From NCBI GenBank assembly GCA_000320545.1, contig ADNK01003482.1, forward strand, positions 66,833 to 130,832: a stretch of DNA of 64,000 nucleotides. Direction: 5' to 3'. The translations under genes were made by a program, and so were the position numbers. Shown here piece after piece: positions 14,732-29,140 of the stretch (its first letter is position 1; each line of letters starts with the position of its first letter). Below the pieces are notes generated by a model. It saw nothing but the letters and a program-made list of their open reading frames with translations. It had not been told where the DNA came from and did not search any database. The DNA comes from Bigelowiella natans CCMP2755 (Eukaryota; Protista; Cercozoa).

Positions 14732-16061
14732 TCGCTCCAATATTGTCGCAACATCTCCTGTAATTGTTTGTTTGGGGTGCTGCAGACGTGCGGTATATCT
14801 TCTTCTTTGATCGTTTGTACCCCTACTATCATACAAATAGATGGAGGCTTTTGCAGCAATTCTGCAGATGACCGAGGGTAGTGTGAAAGCACATCACCAA
14901 ACGCATATCTTCTTTTCATGTATCATCATCATCGTCGTTGTCATCGTCATCGTCATGATCGTATTCAAATGTGTTGTTTTGTATCTTCATCTTACAATGC
15001 AACATATCAGATCCAGATATCGAGAATGTGATCAAGAGTAACATCACTGAGGTACGTCTTATCCTGCGAGACTCTGGGACAAAAAATTAACTTTTTGGAG
15101 AGGGGAGGGGGTGGAGAAGGGGGCTCCGATAAATTGGATGATGATCTAGCTCGTTTGTCTGTGAATATCCTCATAATGTAGTGTCAAGATGACGACTAAT
15201 TTCTTCTCCTCCCTTAGGTGTTGAAAGGCGGATTTGATTTTCATCAGCACACCGAACGTCTAGCCAGAATTCTTTTCCATACTGCAAATCTGGTAATATA
15301 TTTGCCGGATATCAAAATACCATCTACAACTTCCTTCTCCTCTTTTACAAAGCAAATGTGGCCAGGACCTTGGTGTGCACGCTCCCAATTGCTTATTTTG
15401 AAAGTATCTTCTGAGTTGTTTATGACTGCTGTGTCGCAGACCAAGAACGCGGAATTCACTGCGACAGCAGGGTTTTATTTGTACCAGTACACACTGGTGG
15501 GTGAGTGAGTGAGTGATTGAGTGAGTAATGAGGAGGAACAACCTCGGTCCAGCGCAACCCATAATAATAATAATAATTATAATAATATAAAATAGTAATG
15601 ATAGGGTATGATGGCTATGATCATAAAATAATGAGATACTTTATCCGATATAAGCTGTTGATACTAGAAAGTGATTAGTGCTGGCGTGCATGCATGTTGT
15701 AGGGGGCCAAAGCGCTATTAGATGCGTCGGAGAAGGGATTTCTCAAGCAGGTCTTCTTCCATTCGATTCTTCCATGATCTCTCTATCTCCCTCTCTTTCT
15801 CTCTCGATTTTCTTCCTGTCATCATCCCTTCTCAGTACTGAAGACATTAGGCGAAATACTACTTTGAGAGTTTATCTTTCTCCTTGCTTTCTTCACCACA
15901 AATACCAGGTTGCGAAACTCAGTGGAATAACAATCAAGGCATTGTCAAGAGGTTTCAACCGGATTCGACGGGCACGGAAAGTTTTAAGCACAAGCCCCAA
16001 CCTTCGCTACTATATGCTTTCACTCCCGCTTTTAGAGGCGTTATTGAAAAAATTATCGTGA
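8231..16061 (+). CDS. Large micro-exon gene (possibly two genes): central PDZ-like domain and C-terminal cyclin/TFIIB-like helical repeat
   Basis: Dozens of AG...GT-bounded exons. PDZ-like: FEFFREERGLKIFFD...GHENIKMGDYIVKVAGRRLAGLDDEAQQA|AWEKYKYNGAYLSVER. C-terminus: PDIENVIKSNITE|VLKGGFDFHQHTERLARILFHTANL|TKNAEFTATAGFYLYQYTL|GAKALLDASEKGFLKQ|VAKLSGITIKALSRGFNRIRRARKVL...KKLS*. Start uncertain. Confidence 0.55.
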
Positions 16062-16469
16062 AGGAATTATCAATGCAGTACTTTCCACCTATGCAGCAGA
16101 TTGCTTAGAATGTTGCCACCAGGAATTCTTACCGCTTCTTGATATAATATTGACACATGTCGCACGTGCCATGTTCAGTTTGAATCCTGCGTCACGGCAT
16201 TGCGCATTTCATGCTACGTTATGACATTAATAGGCATCGTACAATGAAAAAAGTGCGCTGTGTGCACTCCAATGATGCACACATGTGGCACATGCTAGCA
16301 TGGTTTGTCACGTTCTCATCAAAGCAACGTGCATGACACTGTGCACATGCATGCATTTGGACTGAACTGGCCCGCTTGCCTGTGAGTCATGTGCAGCATT
16401 ACACGCTGTTGTGTTGCTCGCCCACTAGCCACCACGATGCAGACTGCATGTCTGCCATGGCACACACAC

Positions 16470-16810
16470 ACACATGCTAACACACGTGTGGTGTCATGAA
16501 AGACATGGATCATCTCCTACAATGCGAGGCATGCGAACACCAACAGTTCAGATTGTGCAACCAATTGAATGCCATCATGAATCGAAACGATGAGACGAAA
16601 CGACTGACTGAAGATGAAAAAGAGGCACGGACCGCTGTGCGCACCGCACGACATCGAAGACAGGATGCAGATGCTTTCAAATAAGTGCATGAAACACACA
16701 ACAGACGGAAAAAACAGATGCAATCTGAGTGCTGTAGCCGCTGCTTTGTGCAGCTACACCAGGATGACCATGGAAAAGATTTGATCATTTCATTGCATCC
16801 GTCTCACACA
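16470..16810 (+). mobile_element. Non-LTR retrotransposon (LINE) 3' fragment, copy A, degenerate, within island ~16145-16900
   Basis: CGVMKDMDHLLQC...NQLNAIMNRNDETKRLT..., homologous to 29978-30420 and 31890-32093. Ends in cattgcatccgtctca. Confidence 0.85.
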
Positions 16811-16902
16811 TGTGAACATGTGTGCATGCATTATCTGCTCGATCACAAAGAAACAAACAAACGTCACAATAAACACGCACTACTCTTGGCAGTCCTGATC
16901 TG

Positions 16903-17199
16903 CTATGACGGTCCTCGCTCTGCCCGCCGTACATCAGATGCAGCATGCTTGCTGCCGCTGCTACGTGCTGCAGTCAAGCGCAGTGGAAAATCTAGAGTTG
17001 TAACATTTCTATCCTTAACGAGGAGCTTAGTCGTCGAAGCTGCTGTCTCCTGGTCCCCCCCCTCGTCCTCTCTTAAAACAGGCCCAAGTAACCCGCACGG
17101 CCCGCCTTCCATATGTAAACATTTTCATCTTGGTACTTCATTTGCCATAGAGTGAGATAAACGTTCCATAATTTTCTTTTATGAACCATCCCATCTTCC

Positions 17200-17235
<36 letters not shown>

Positions 17236-18585
17236 ATGCTACTAGTAGTACCACAGCACTACCGGGTAAGATGCAGGCCTGAAGAGCTAGGTAGGATTCA
17301 AGAGCAAATACGACATGTGCGAGAGATTCGCCTCGGTACCTTTTGGTTAGTAGATACACAGTAACGTCGTTTAACCAATCACCACTAAATTCCTATCATC
17401 ATCATCATCATCAGCAGCAGCAGCAGCATCATCAATATCGTCACTTGTTTATTATGCTATACATGTTTTTCCTGTGATTATGCCGGAATCCGCCTACTTT
17501 CCACTCCTTTTGCAACCTCCTCCCTTAACAATGAGAGGAAGAAATAGATAGATAGATAGAGAGAGAGCAACGAGAGGGAGAGTGTATCAGAGAACAATGT
17601 AGAACACAAGCATTGTACGCACTCACGCACATTGGATAATTGTCGCCTTCTGTGCTCGTAGAAGGTCTGATGCAGTACGATTAGCGCCTGGAAGGCTGTA
17701 CCCTGTGGCTCCTGAGGGGGGGGAACGGATGGGGGTAAACAAAAATAGTAATACGTCATCGTCACTGTGACAACAACATCCCACTACTCCTTTGATTCCT
17801 CGTGGTCATCATTGCATTGGTGATTACATGTACAACGAGCAGTAAGAGGACAAGAAAACAACCGAAGAAAGTGCTGATGGTGTTCAACGTCTGCAGCAGC
17901 GCTGCTTCGGTTGGAATCGAGGAATGGTTTCTCTCCGCTGATGTCATCATGTATAGTAGCGACGATAAGAAGAACAAGAACAAGAACAACAACAAGTGAT
18001 AGTAAGGACTGTGAAGAGGGAGCAGTGGGACTTCAAACAATAGGAATACTCAATGATTTTACTACCAACATTAAGGAAAGTTTCTCAGCTATGAAAAAAA
18101 TGGTATTTGATGAAAAATATAGACAGATAGATGTGGTATTATTTTGTCCTCCTTCTCCCAATCTCGTCCACGTACTTTTCAGGGAGCTTGAAGTAGAAAC
18201 AGAAGCAGCAGAAGCAGCGGCGTATTGCTCCCACGCGATGTTGTAGATCTGATTGTAATAGCAGCAGAAGCAGCAGAACAGTAACAACAACAACAACAAC
18301 AACAACAACAACGACAACGACAAACAACAACCGTGGTATCTATGCTATCACCACAAGAAACCCCATAAGCATCATCGTCATCATCATCAACATCATCATC
18401 TATACACGATTGTCTATCATTATACACTGCTACTACTACTGCTGCTTCTATACGATCTACCCAAGACAAAAAGTCTCTTATACGCTCACACAGTGCAGGT
18501 TCCTCCAAGCTATCAGAAGGGAGACAGAGAGGAGGATCGATATTATCGTGGGGGGGGACAACAATGAGAAGGTGGAATTCACGTC

Positions 18586-18626
<41 letters not shown>

Positions 18627-19335
18627 AACTGCAGTACGATCAACAACAACGATTGCAAAGAGACGGTTTGTATTTCCCCTCCACATAAGGTTTTTATTCA
18701 TAACACAGCTCAAAGGACAAATAATCGTTTTTTTGAGTACTCTCTCTTCCTAGATGTGGTTGTTATTTCTTTTCGCGTCACTCTCTTCGTTGTTGTGCTA
18801 CAATTACTACTACTACTACTCTTTGGTTCCCCAGGCAGCATATTCACAATTGTAGCTAAATGCAGACAATGCGGCAACGACTCTCTGATGGATAGTATTA
18901 TTAGGAGCCAGAGGGAAGAGTAAGAGTAGCAGTAGCAGTAGTAATAGCAGTAGTAGCAATAGCAATATATACTAGTGATGAAAATGGCATGAGAGGAATG
19001 GTGGTTGTGATGATGAGTGGAAGTGAAATTGTGAGCTATTCCTCGTGCTATTGTGGTGGTTGTTGTTGTTGTTGTTGTTGTATATTGCATGTTACACCCG
19101 ATCATGATACAGTTTTGAGGGGGGGGAGAAGCACCTGTCCTCTTTCCACAGCTTCTATATCACTCTCAGTCTACAAGATATGTGTTTATCACATCGCAAG
19201 GTATGCACTAGTGATGGTGGTGGTGATGATGATGATGATAGAAAATAGAAGGAAACTTGGAGTGAGACAGCTAATATGTTTAACATATGACCCCCTCCTC
19301 TCTAGTGAGCTCTACTATTCGATACTACTACACTA

Positions 19336-19367
<32 letters not shown>

Positions 19368-19570
19368 ACTACTACTACCCCTCCATGATGGTGAGTGAGG
19401 AAATCATATCCATCAGCATTTACGAGGACAGGGTGATCACGATAAATCATCGGCACGTTAGAATCATCCGTATCCTTCATAATGCAGCAACATCGAGTCG
19501 ATGTGTTGGTAGTAGTAGTTGTAGTAGTAGAAGTAGTAGGCTTGTTGGCATACAATAGATTATGATGTTA

Positions 19571-19606
<36 letters not shown>

Positions 19607-21339
19607 CTACATTAGGAAGGAATCACTGCGGAAGAGATGCTGGGCAGATGTGTTGAACGAACGGCAACACTTAGAAAACACATTTATCCTAAAACTACTC
19701 TGTAGCGTGGTAGTCAAAGTTTGCATGCTGTACCGCACCTCATTGCTCTCGAGCAGTGTTGCCGTCATGTTCGTGTATTGCAATGAATTTGCGTAGTTTG
19801 TGACGATAGCGATATCGGTTAGATTTGCTGCAATTCCTGCTGTTCCCCGGTCCCTCCAATCTCCTACTGATTGATCGTTGGTTGTGATGATGGCTTCACC
19901 ATCTTCGTTGCTGTAATAGCTCTTTCCACCATCAATAGCGGGTACTGCAGGAGAAGGAAGAGAAGAGGAGGGGGGGGGACAAGATGCGGTTTGTTTTGCA
20001 TATAGGCTGCTAGCCATTCCGAGGGCAGCAACCGCTTTCACTCTGTGGGTGCGATAATAGGAGTACAAGTGTGGAGGAGGAGGAGGAAAGGAGGAAAGCT
20101 TTGATGAGCGAGTATAAGAGGAAGAATAGGGTTATAATAATGTGAGAGTCGAAGATTGACTGGTAAATCAAAAATAGAGATAGATGCAAGGTGACAGCGG
20201 CTACAGCATTCTCACTTTAGTATCGCTGAGCTCACCATGTCATCACCATTTTACTTCATAGTATTCACCCCCTCCTCCTCCTCCTCCTCCTCCTCCTCCT
20301 TGTGGTTGATCTTCTTCTTCTCCTTCTACTAGTAGTTCATTTGATTGCATATGTCTCATTTGATGTCATTCATACAGTTGAGCGAGGAACTCCGCGCCCA
20401 GTTTGTGTGATATCTGTTTAACCTGCAGGAGAGTAGTAGGCGATTATGAGAGGGGAGAGAAGGAGTGAAATATCTTCTCGATAGCAGTATTTTCTTGATG
20501 TGATCATGGAGGGTGGTGAGCACTATCTCTCTCATCCAACCCTATGAGATTCTCCACCACAACCACAACAACACACAACATCTATATATTCACGAAGAAG
20601 GGGCTATTTATTGATGCAGCTACTACCTCCTTTTGGTGCTGCTCGTACCACAGAAAGCTCTTTATAGATACTCGCATAAAATCGTCGCGAATGTTTCCGA
20701 TCTCCTCCCAGAAGTCCCCTCCCCACATGCTCATGTCTTTGTCTACATCGATTTCGTGGCGCTCGTCGTCCTCTTCATTTTGATCAAAGGAGGAGGGTGA
20801 AGATGAAGAAGAAGAAGCTTCTTTTCGCCTGACCCCCCCCTCTTGTTCCATAGGTAGATTTGAGGAGGAGGGGGAGTCTGGGATAGAAGTAATGCACAGT
20901 AGCAGCACCAGCAAAGTATTAATTTGTAGTTAGGATATATTATAAGCGAGTAGCATCCACGCTAAATCATCATCATCATAATGCTTGCAACCCGCCTTTG
21001 CATCATCATTAATAAAATGCAATACTACTCGTCACTACTCTTCCTCCTTTCCCCACATTATACTTATGTTTGCATAATATATATACACACATACACACAC
21101 ACACATACACACACACACATAGATATATCACTTTTGCTGCTTTGCTGGTCCATGTTCGTTGAAGTCTTCGAGAGGATGACCACGAGAGCCATAAGCTCCA
21201 TTAGCTGATGGATTCAAAGCAAACATCAACAAAATGGCCAGTACCTTCAGGAATGTCATTATAGTACGTATGTGCTGCATGTTCGATGAATCCACAGAAT
21301 CCTTGCCTCTGCTCTTTCTACTACTACCACTGCTACTAT

Positions 21340-21372
<33 letters not shown>

Positions 21373-21796
21373 CAGTGGTAACGTGCTTGCAGGGTCTATA
21401 CCCTTTATCAGCCCCGTAGTATGATCCAGTCGTAGCATCACCTCACGATAAAACTTAGGCGCTTGTGGCAGAATAAAGAAGAATAATCGAAGGGGGGGGG
21501 GGGATAGGGAACAGCAGCATGTTACTTCACACATGTATGATGGCAATGGCATTGACGATGATGATGATGATATGACGATAGTCATTGCAGCTGCTTCTCC
21601 TCACTAGTGACGAGTGATCTTATTTCATGTCTGAGTACATCCTCTTCTTCCTCCCCCCCCCACTACTACTATTGCAGTAATAGTAGTTGTGCGTGATCAT
21701 AGAGACTATATAATACAACTTCGTCGCAGCAATTCGCTTTCAGGAAGCACTCCAAACTTTGTAGCTGATTAGCGATAGAACCATACTCACTACACA

Positions 21797-21863
<67 letters not shown>

Positions 21864-22415
21864 GTCGACTATTGAAAGATATTGAATCAGGCCACAGCAG
21901 TTGTTGTGGGGGGTTCACCTTCGTAGAAAGTAAGCAGATACATCGCTTTGTTGTGCATTGTCTGAAGATTAAGGGCACAACAGGAGGTTGTTGTTGATGG
22001 TGGTGGCTAACAATACCAGTAAACACAAGGGGAAATAACCCATGCTACTACAGCATTCTTTGCGTGTAAAATAAATAGCAGCCGTGATCTTAGCCTGCAT
22101 GGTTACCTCCATAACGTCGTTATAGCACCTGCTCCCGTTGATCAGTGAAGAACAGATGTACTCGAGGCAGCGATTCGTCTTGAATAATAGCAACATCATA
22201 AGAAGAGAGAGGGTGGGGGGCAGAGTAGGAAAGGCTGACAGAAAAAGGGGAAAATTGAGGAATTGTAATGTCACTTTATCCCATTCTCTCCCCCCCTTCT
22301 TGAATGAAACACCACCACCTCTATTTCGCTGCCTGTGAGCATTGCCAGCCGCAGCAGTGCTCGTATGTCCTTGGGGAATTAGCGATTAGATGTTCCGTCG
22401 GTAGGAGGAGGATTT

Positions 22416-22458
<43 letters not shown>

Positions 22459-23724
22459 AGAGGGGGGGGTAGAGCGAGCGAGACCATTAGGACATCGGGA
22501 AGATGATGGGGACAAAAGAAGAAGAAGAAGAAGAAGAAGAAGAAAAAGAAAAAGAAGGAGAAAAAAAAGAAAAAGAAGGAGAAGGAGAAGAAAGGCAAAC
22601 TCCATCGATGATTCATAAGGGTTACGAATACTACAACTGAAGTACGACTTCCACTTTTCTGTAATGTGATTTTGGGTTGACACAATGCACTTCGATTGGT
22701 AGATAGAAACACTAATTGTTGTTGCTGCTGCTGTTGTTGTCGTTTTACTACCAAAAGGTGTCGGTGAAGGGAAGTTCGGCTTTTTATATGTGTCGTACGA
22801 TTTGCGTCTACAACCAAACACGCCCCTGTTTTGACCGGAAACATGCCATATTAACACTCCATTAATAATAAATGGAAGAGAGGCAGAACGAGAGACAGTA
22901 ATCATCTTTAACTTCTCAAGTGAGTGGTGATGTGATTCCGCGCGTTCGTGTAGATGCTTGTGGGATGGTGACCAGCGTCTATTTGCTGCTGCTGCCAGAT
23001 GCATTCAGTGCATATTACAACCCCTCTTCACCCTCACCACTAGACATACAATTTTCTACCAATGCTGCTATTGTTTGACTACCTAATCTGGGAGGATAAC
23101 GGGTGATATTAAGCTTCCGAAGATAAAATCTCCTTCCTGTGCTCAGTATCGACTGTACCACACCGCGCCTCCAGGGACGAACGACAGGCTGAATAATAAC
23201 GTGCGGCGTTGTATGTGCTTTCGGGAAGGGATGCATGTTAGTTGCAAAACATAACAAGTACTACCGGAATTCTTTTTCTAAGACGCTTTTCCGTCACAAA
23301 CCGAGAGGGAGATGGTGATCTTTCACGGTCTTTATGAATAGGATGCAACCTCTTTCCCCTGGGCAGACATGGGGTGCAAGGTGTACAGAGAAAGAAGAGT
23401 TAAAAGGCGCATCTTAATCATCTGCTTTCCTATCTTTCTAGGCATCTACAAATCAAACTCTCGGGCAAGACTCAGAGCTAGTTCTCCTTTTCTTTCAGCA
23501 GATCATATTCTTCTCCATTACTCTGACGGCGATTCTGGGGATGGGGATGTGCGCAGGGTCTGATGGCGTCCTGAATAAACCGGAAGTGTCCCCCCCCCCG
23601 ATCCAAGGCTCTGGATCAGAGCATATACCACCATCAACATCACTAACCCCGATCGACTCGGACGATTCATATTAACGTTGGAGCACGAGCAGGGTCGGGG
23701 GTTTGGGGGAGGAGCCCTCCTCAT
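16903..23724 (-). CDS. Large multi-exon hypothetical protein with microsatellite-rich introns
   Basis: Coding-like minus-strand blocks bounded by AG/GT: APKFYREVMLRLDHTTGLIKGIDPASTLPL; WGGDFWEEIGNIRDDFMRVSIKSFLWYEQHQKE; DHPVLVNADGYDFLTHHHG; EPQGTAFQALIVLHQTFYEHRRRQLSN; YRGESLAHVVFALESYLALQACILPG. No family recognised and both ends uncertain. Confidence 0.5.
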
Positions 23725-24013
23725 CCTCCTTGGAGCATCTTGCTGTTCAGATCATTTCACACCCGAGGTACATCCATCGCTCCACACGCCTTACTGTTTA
23801 AAACTGCAAGCTGAAGATTTGTTGTCACATTTGGAAAATCCCATATATATTTCTAATAAATAATTAAAGCCGCTGTTTTATTTTGAATGTTCTGATTTTT
23901 TCGTCATATCGCCGGAGCTGAGGCAAATCTCCGAGCAGCTTCGTCCTCAAGCCGCCGCACCCCATTATTAGGGAGGGTATTACGACGAGAGTGAGGACGG
24001 ACCTCCCAGAACA

Positions 24014-24312
24014 ATGGGGAAACAGCGAAGGCGGCGACGAAAGGGAAAAGCTGCGAGGGATAAAATTGATCCATTAGGGGGGGTCGAGAAGATAGAGCAT
24101 CAATTTCAAGATGTCTCGCCTATGCTTGCGGTTATTACAACAAATTTTTGTTTCTTCACCCACATCCGCAAAACAAAGATGATGATGATGATGATGATTA
24201 TGGGGGGATAAATTGAATCACACTGCTTTCACTAAATCATGCACGCAAATTAATTTAATTTTTGAATGTACGGAACTTGCGATATGCATACCCAGGATTG
24301 AAATTAATGTTT

Positions 24313-24349
<37 letters not shown>

Positions 24350-26514
24350 GAGCATGATGTCGACTGATCCTGCATCTCGGGCCAGTGCGTGCACAGCAGT
24401 CGGAGTGATGATTCTAAACTCGGATAGAGCAACGGCCTTATGTTTCCATCTGGCGAAGGTAATAAATAGTAGCCAGTAGCGACAACTGCTGATTAAAGGA
24501 GCAATAATTATCATCATAATAAAATCTGATTTGATAATATGTAGTCGATCTACAATAATTTAAATTCCCTTTATTTCTTCCATTGTATCGTGTATAGCGC
24601 GGTGTGGTGAAACGGCTGTTGAAGCTGCTCCTAGACTCGAACGCCCATGTAGCTGTGGCAGCCTTCAGAGCAGCAGCAAAAGTGAGTGAGTGTGAGTGAG
24701 TGATAGGCGGCAGCAGCGAGAAGTAAGAAGAGAGAAGTATTCGACCATTGAATAGTGATAGTAGTGGTGATAGTAGTAGTGATAGTAGTAGTAGTAGTAG
24801 TAGTAACAGCGATGATAGATATAGTGAGGGTATTAATATTGTTTACTATTGATAGTTATTGTTTGTTGTTATTGTTGTAGTAATAAGAAGGAGGCTGCTA
24901 CTCTGTCACATAATCTTCTGTCTTCCTCCTCCTCCTCCTCCTCCTCCTCATATTCATCACAGATGGCTATTTGCGGCGATAACCGGGTGAGTATGGGATT
25001 GATTCGCTCGGATGTCTTGACCCCTGTGACGACGGTACTTACAGGGGGGAAATGGCTTGCTTCCCTCTCCTCCGATCTTCGTTCCATCCTCGCTACAAAC
25101 GCACTGGAGCTCGCATGCTGCTTAGCCGAGCAGTGCGAGGGCGTGGCAGCGGCTCTCACAGAGGGGGGAGGCATTGCACGCGCTTTAGACATAATGTTGG
25201 ATGATAGTGGAGGGTGGGACATGAGTGTTCGCAAGGCCGCTGGGTCGTTGCTTTCCGTCGCCAGCGATGACAACGAGCGACTTGCAAGGCACCTGATCTC
25301 TCCAAAGAACCAAAGATATGTGGAGGGCCTCATCGCCGTCGCGCAAGGAGGAGGTATGAAGGAGAAGAAGAGGAGTCAGCACGAAAAAGTGTCAGCCAAG
25401 GTGGTATGTAGCCAATTCAATTACACTACTTACTACTGTAGCGATATGTGCCACCCGTACGTGCTTCATGCTCCTCCTCCTCCTCCTCCTCGTTAGCAGG
25501 CCTAACACTATTATATTGTCATTACACCTGTATGTATATATAGTGCTGCGGCAATTTCCTACTACTACTTCTTTGAGCTTCTTCTTCTTATCAGACTACT
25601 ATTACTGCGACCGCTAGTGGGAGACGACTTCGCGCTCTTTGTGCATCGACGTTGCTGAACCTCTCTTACCACCCCCAGTTCAACAAGCACAGGAACAGTC
25701 TTCATACGTCAGTTGGCAAGGTGTTTAGTGATGGAGGTCATGATCTTCATCACACTGCTATCTATTGATTGTTGTCGCTCGTTTCATCATCATCATCATC
25801 ACACATCTTTCATCATCGTTATCGTGGCTGTCCTCTTTCTTAGGCATTGTGCAGCTTGATAGATATTCGGCCTGTGGGTCTCCTTCCACAGCTCGCTCAA
25901 GAGATACATCGCAGTGTAGAGGAAGAGTCAAAGGCTAAGGTGCCCCCCTCCCAGGGCGGCGCTTTCGCAACATGGAATGGACATCGTGAGAAGCAACAAT
26001 GGGAAGAGCTTCTTGATCGATGTAGTAACTACATAGTAGTAGTCCTCCAATACAGATTACAATTGCACAAAATCATCAATGAAACGTTTGCCTCTCTTTT
26101 TCTATTTGGTCTTCTTCTTCTTCTTCTAAGGGTACGATGAGACTGTGGGGTTCAAAGTGAGCTTAGAAACGCTTGCAAACCTGTGCTCCTCCTCACCGAA
26201 TGATGACGATGGAAAAGAGGACTACGATGTCTCCTCATCATCACCTGTAATGCTTTATTTTTTTATTGGCGTCTCTTGCACTTCTCCCTTCTGTTTTTTG
26301 GACTGACATGTTTGAAGGGGAACAGGGGGGGGGAGTGGCTGGAGGGTTGTTTGAATGTTTCTACTACTACAAGAATCCTCTTTTCGTGTCCAGCATGCAT
26401 GTTACTATCGGACTACTCGTTATCTTCTTTCTATTATCTTTGCATCTCGTAATCGCTCCCTCCCTACCTCTATTTCCCATTCGTGGGTGGTGGTGTTCAA
26501 TTCCATGCTTCCAT

Positions 26515-26595
<81 letters not shown>

Positions 26596-26712
26596 CACAC
26601 ACATGATATCCACGCATATCAGAGCATCGTCAAAGCGCTAGCAAACGAAGGCGTGCATAAGAGGCTGGTAGACTCACACACACCACACCCCAACACGCAC
26701 AACACGCACAAC

Positions 26713-26751
<39 letters not shown>

Positions 26752-27455
26752 ACCGTACTCTCACGAGCAAATGCTTTTTCAAAGCGACACACAAGATGAT
26801 TAACAGACACATGCGTATATTGCTGCTGCGGCGCCGAAACTCAGGCTATTCTGCTCGAGGACCAGTTGTTGGTCACGAGTGCTTTCTCGGCTATAAGCTG
26901 CAGTAACAATAGAGATACGAACAAGGTACGAGCTTTCTGAATCAAATGAGGAGGCTGCTGTTTTCTAGATGATGATCCCCATCGTCTGCACTCAGCCACC
27001 ACTACTACCTACCTACCACCGCAACGATTATCATTTGGAATAATTCTCTCATCATCATATGATGACAAATTCACTATATTCATGCGTGTCATCTGAAAAG
27101 CCTCAGGCGTGTGATTATAAAACAACAAATATCTGATTGATGAGAAATTACTACAAAAGTTTTCCGATGTTACGTTTATAGCCCGTCATTCTGAGCCGGA
27201 AATATTTCCTTTCGATACCCCCTCCTCCCCCTCCTTGCGCCACAAAGGTGAAGGTTTTGCATCAATCGTGGAAAGTCCTAAAAAGCAGCGTCCCCACGGT
27301 AAGAAAGAAGTGAGGGAGGGAGGAAGGGAGGGAGCGAAGATTGAATTTACTTTCAGGAAGATGAGGACATGGTGACGATGATGATGGTGATGGTGATGAT
27401 GATGCCTATAATATCAATGAAGGGCGTTAATACCCTCTGGGCAATGATCGAGATT

Positions 27456-27495
<40 letters not shown>

Positions 27496-28357
27496 CCATC
27501 TGATTACCTACAATATCTTCCAGGCCCAGGCTGTTCGCATTGGGCGTCTTTTATCAACACTCGGGCAGCGTTTGTCGCAATGCCTCACTAACATAGTGCT
27601 TTATCTCCCTACGAAAGACCTCGGTTAGTAATCGTATCCATTCATTCATGTATTCATCCAGCTGTATTACATGCACCAGAATAACAGTCTTTCAAATATG
27701 TATTGAAAATATACATCAAAGCAGCATAGGGATGAATAATAGCGATGATTCTTATCATGACGGGAGACGAGAAACAAACAAATCATCGTCATCATCGTTT
27801 TCAGAAGAGTTTCCTCCCTCCTTTGTACATTTGCAATTTCACCTGCTGTGTTATTACTCCTACTCGAGGTAGTAGCATTCCATCATCCACCTGAGGAGGC
27901 GTTTGGTGTTCTGTTGGTTGTTGATTGTAGAGGGGGCATCTTCTCTGGCAGATACCGTGTTTGAATGGCTAAGGATCCTTCAGAAGGAGCAGTGTACCGA
28001 CGAAAATCAACAAGATAGAGAGACCGCAAACGAAAATAGAAATAATAGCAAAAGTAGTAGTAATAATAGTAGCAGTGGTAACAGTGGAAGTTGTATTAGT
28101 GATAAAGATAACAACGACGCAAAGTCAAAATCTGGAAATGGCGCAAGCAAGCTTTCGCTTTTGTCGCAGAATATTGAAGCTGCCACGGCATTGCTGCAGC
28201 AAATGGTGAGTGAGAGGAAGAAGAAGAAGGAGAGGATGAGGATGATGATGATGATGATGAGTATGACGATAAATATGATTGGAATGATGATAGTAATTAT
28301 CATATTAATACGACCGTCTCTCTTTTCAAATTTGACGATGAATATACATACATGTTT

Positions 28358-28397
<40 letters not shown>

Positions 28398-28812
28398 TAT
28401 ATAAATATATTTATATAAATATATTTCCTTCTTCTTTTTCTTCTTCTTCTTCTTCTTCTTCTTCTTCTCTGCTGCTATATTTAATGCTGCTGCTCTTCCT
28501 TCTTCTCAGATGCTGAAGAAGTGTGCAGGAATTGCGTCCATGGAGAGCCTTAGCCTTTTAGCACAACTCACGGTTGGTACTGATAGAGCGGGGAGGAAGA
28601 GGAGGAGGAGAGGAGGAAGTAGTATCAGAAGATGGTTGGCACTATTATCACCGTTTGTATGCTATAATGTTTCTAAGTAGTGAGTGAATGATGTTATTTT
28701 TGGCAGAAAAGCGGGAAGAGCAGCACTACGCGGGCAAATTGTCTGATGGCTCTTGCACATGCGGTCTCCTCAACTTCATACATACACACGCATACTGGAA
28801 TGAATATTATCA

Positions 28813-28860
<48 letters not shown>

Positions 28861-28893
28861 TTCTTCTTGGATGTTTTGTGTGCGTGTGTGTGT

Positions 28894-28932
<39 letters not shown>

Positions 28933-29100
28933 ATGCTAGCGAAGAACCCCTCTGCTCTGCTCTCACTCTTCTCATGTTTGATGGATAATGACGAATATTT
29001 GATGATGATGATGATGATGATGATGATAATGATGAACATTTTTACTTTTTAGGGATTACGAAGTGAGCTTCACAAAAACAACTTGCACATTGGACGTAAG

Positions 29101-29140
<40 letters not shown>

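Noticed and set aside
17300-17710. HRRRQ...RYRGESLAHVV as a RelA/SpoT-type HD-domain motif
   Set aside because: No downstream HD motif could be found and the resemblance is too weak.
22304-23004. Long ORFs with poly-R/K, poly-F and poly-L tracts
   Set aside because: Read-through of intronic (GA)n/(GAA)n microsatellites. The same applies to the many HTHTH, CVCVC, YIYIY and poly-M/I ORFs.
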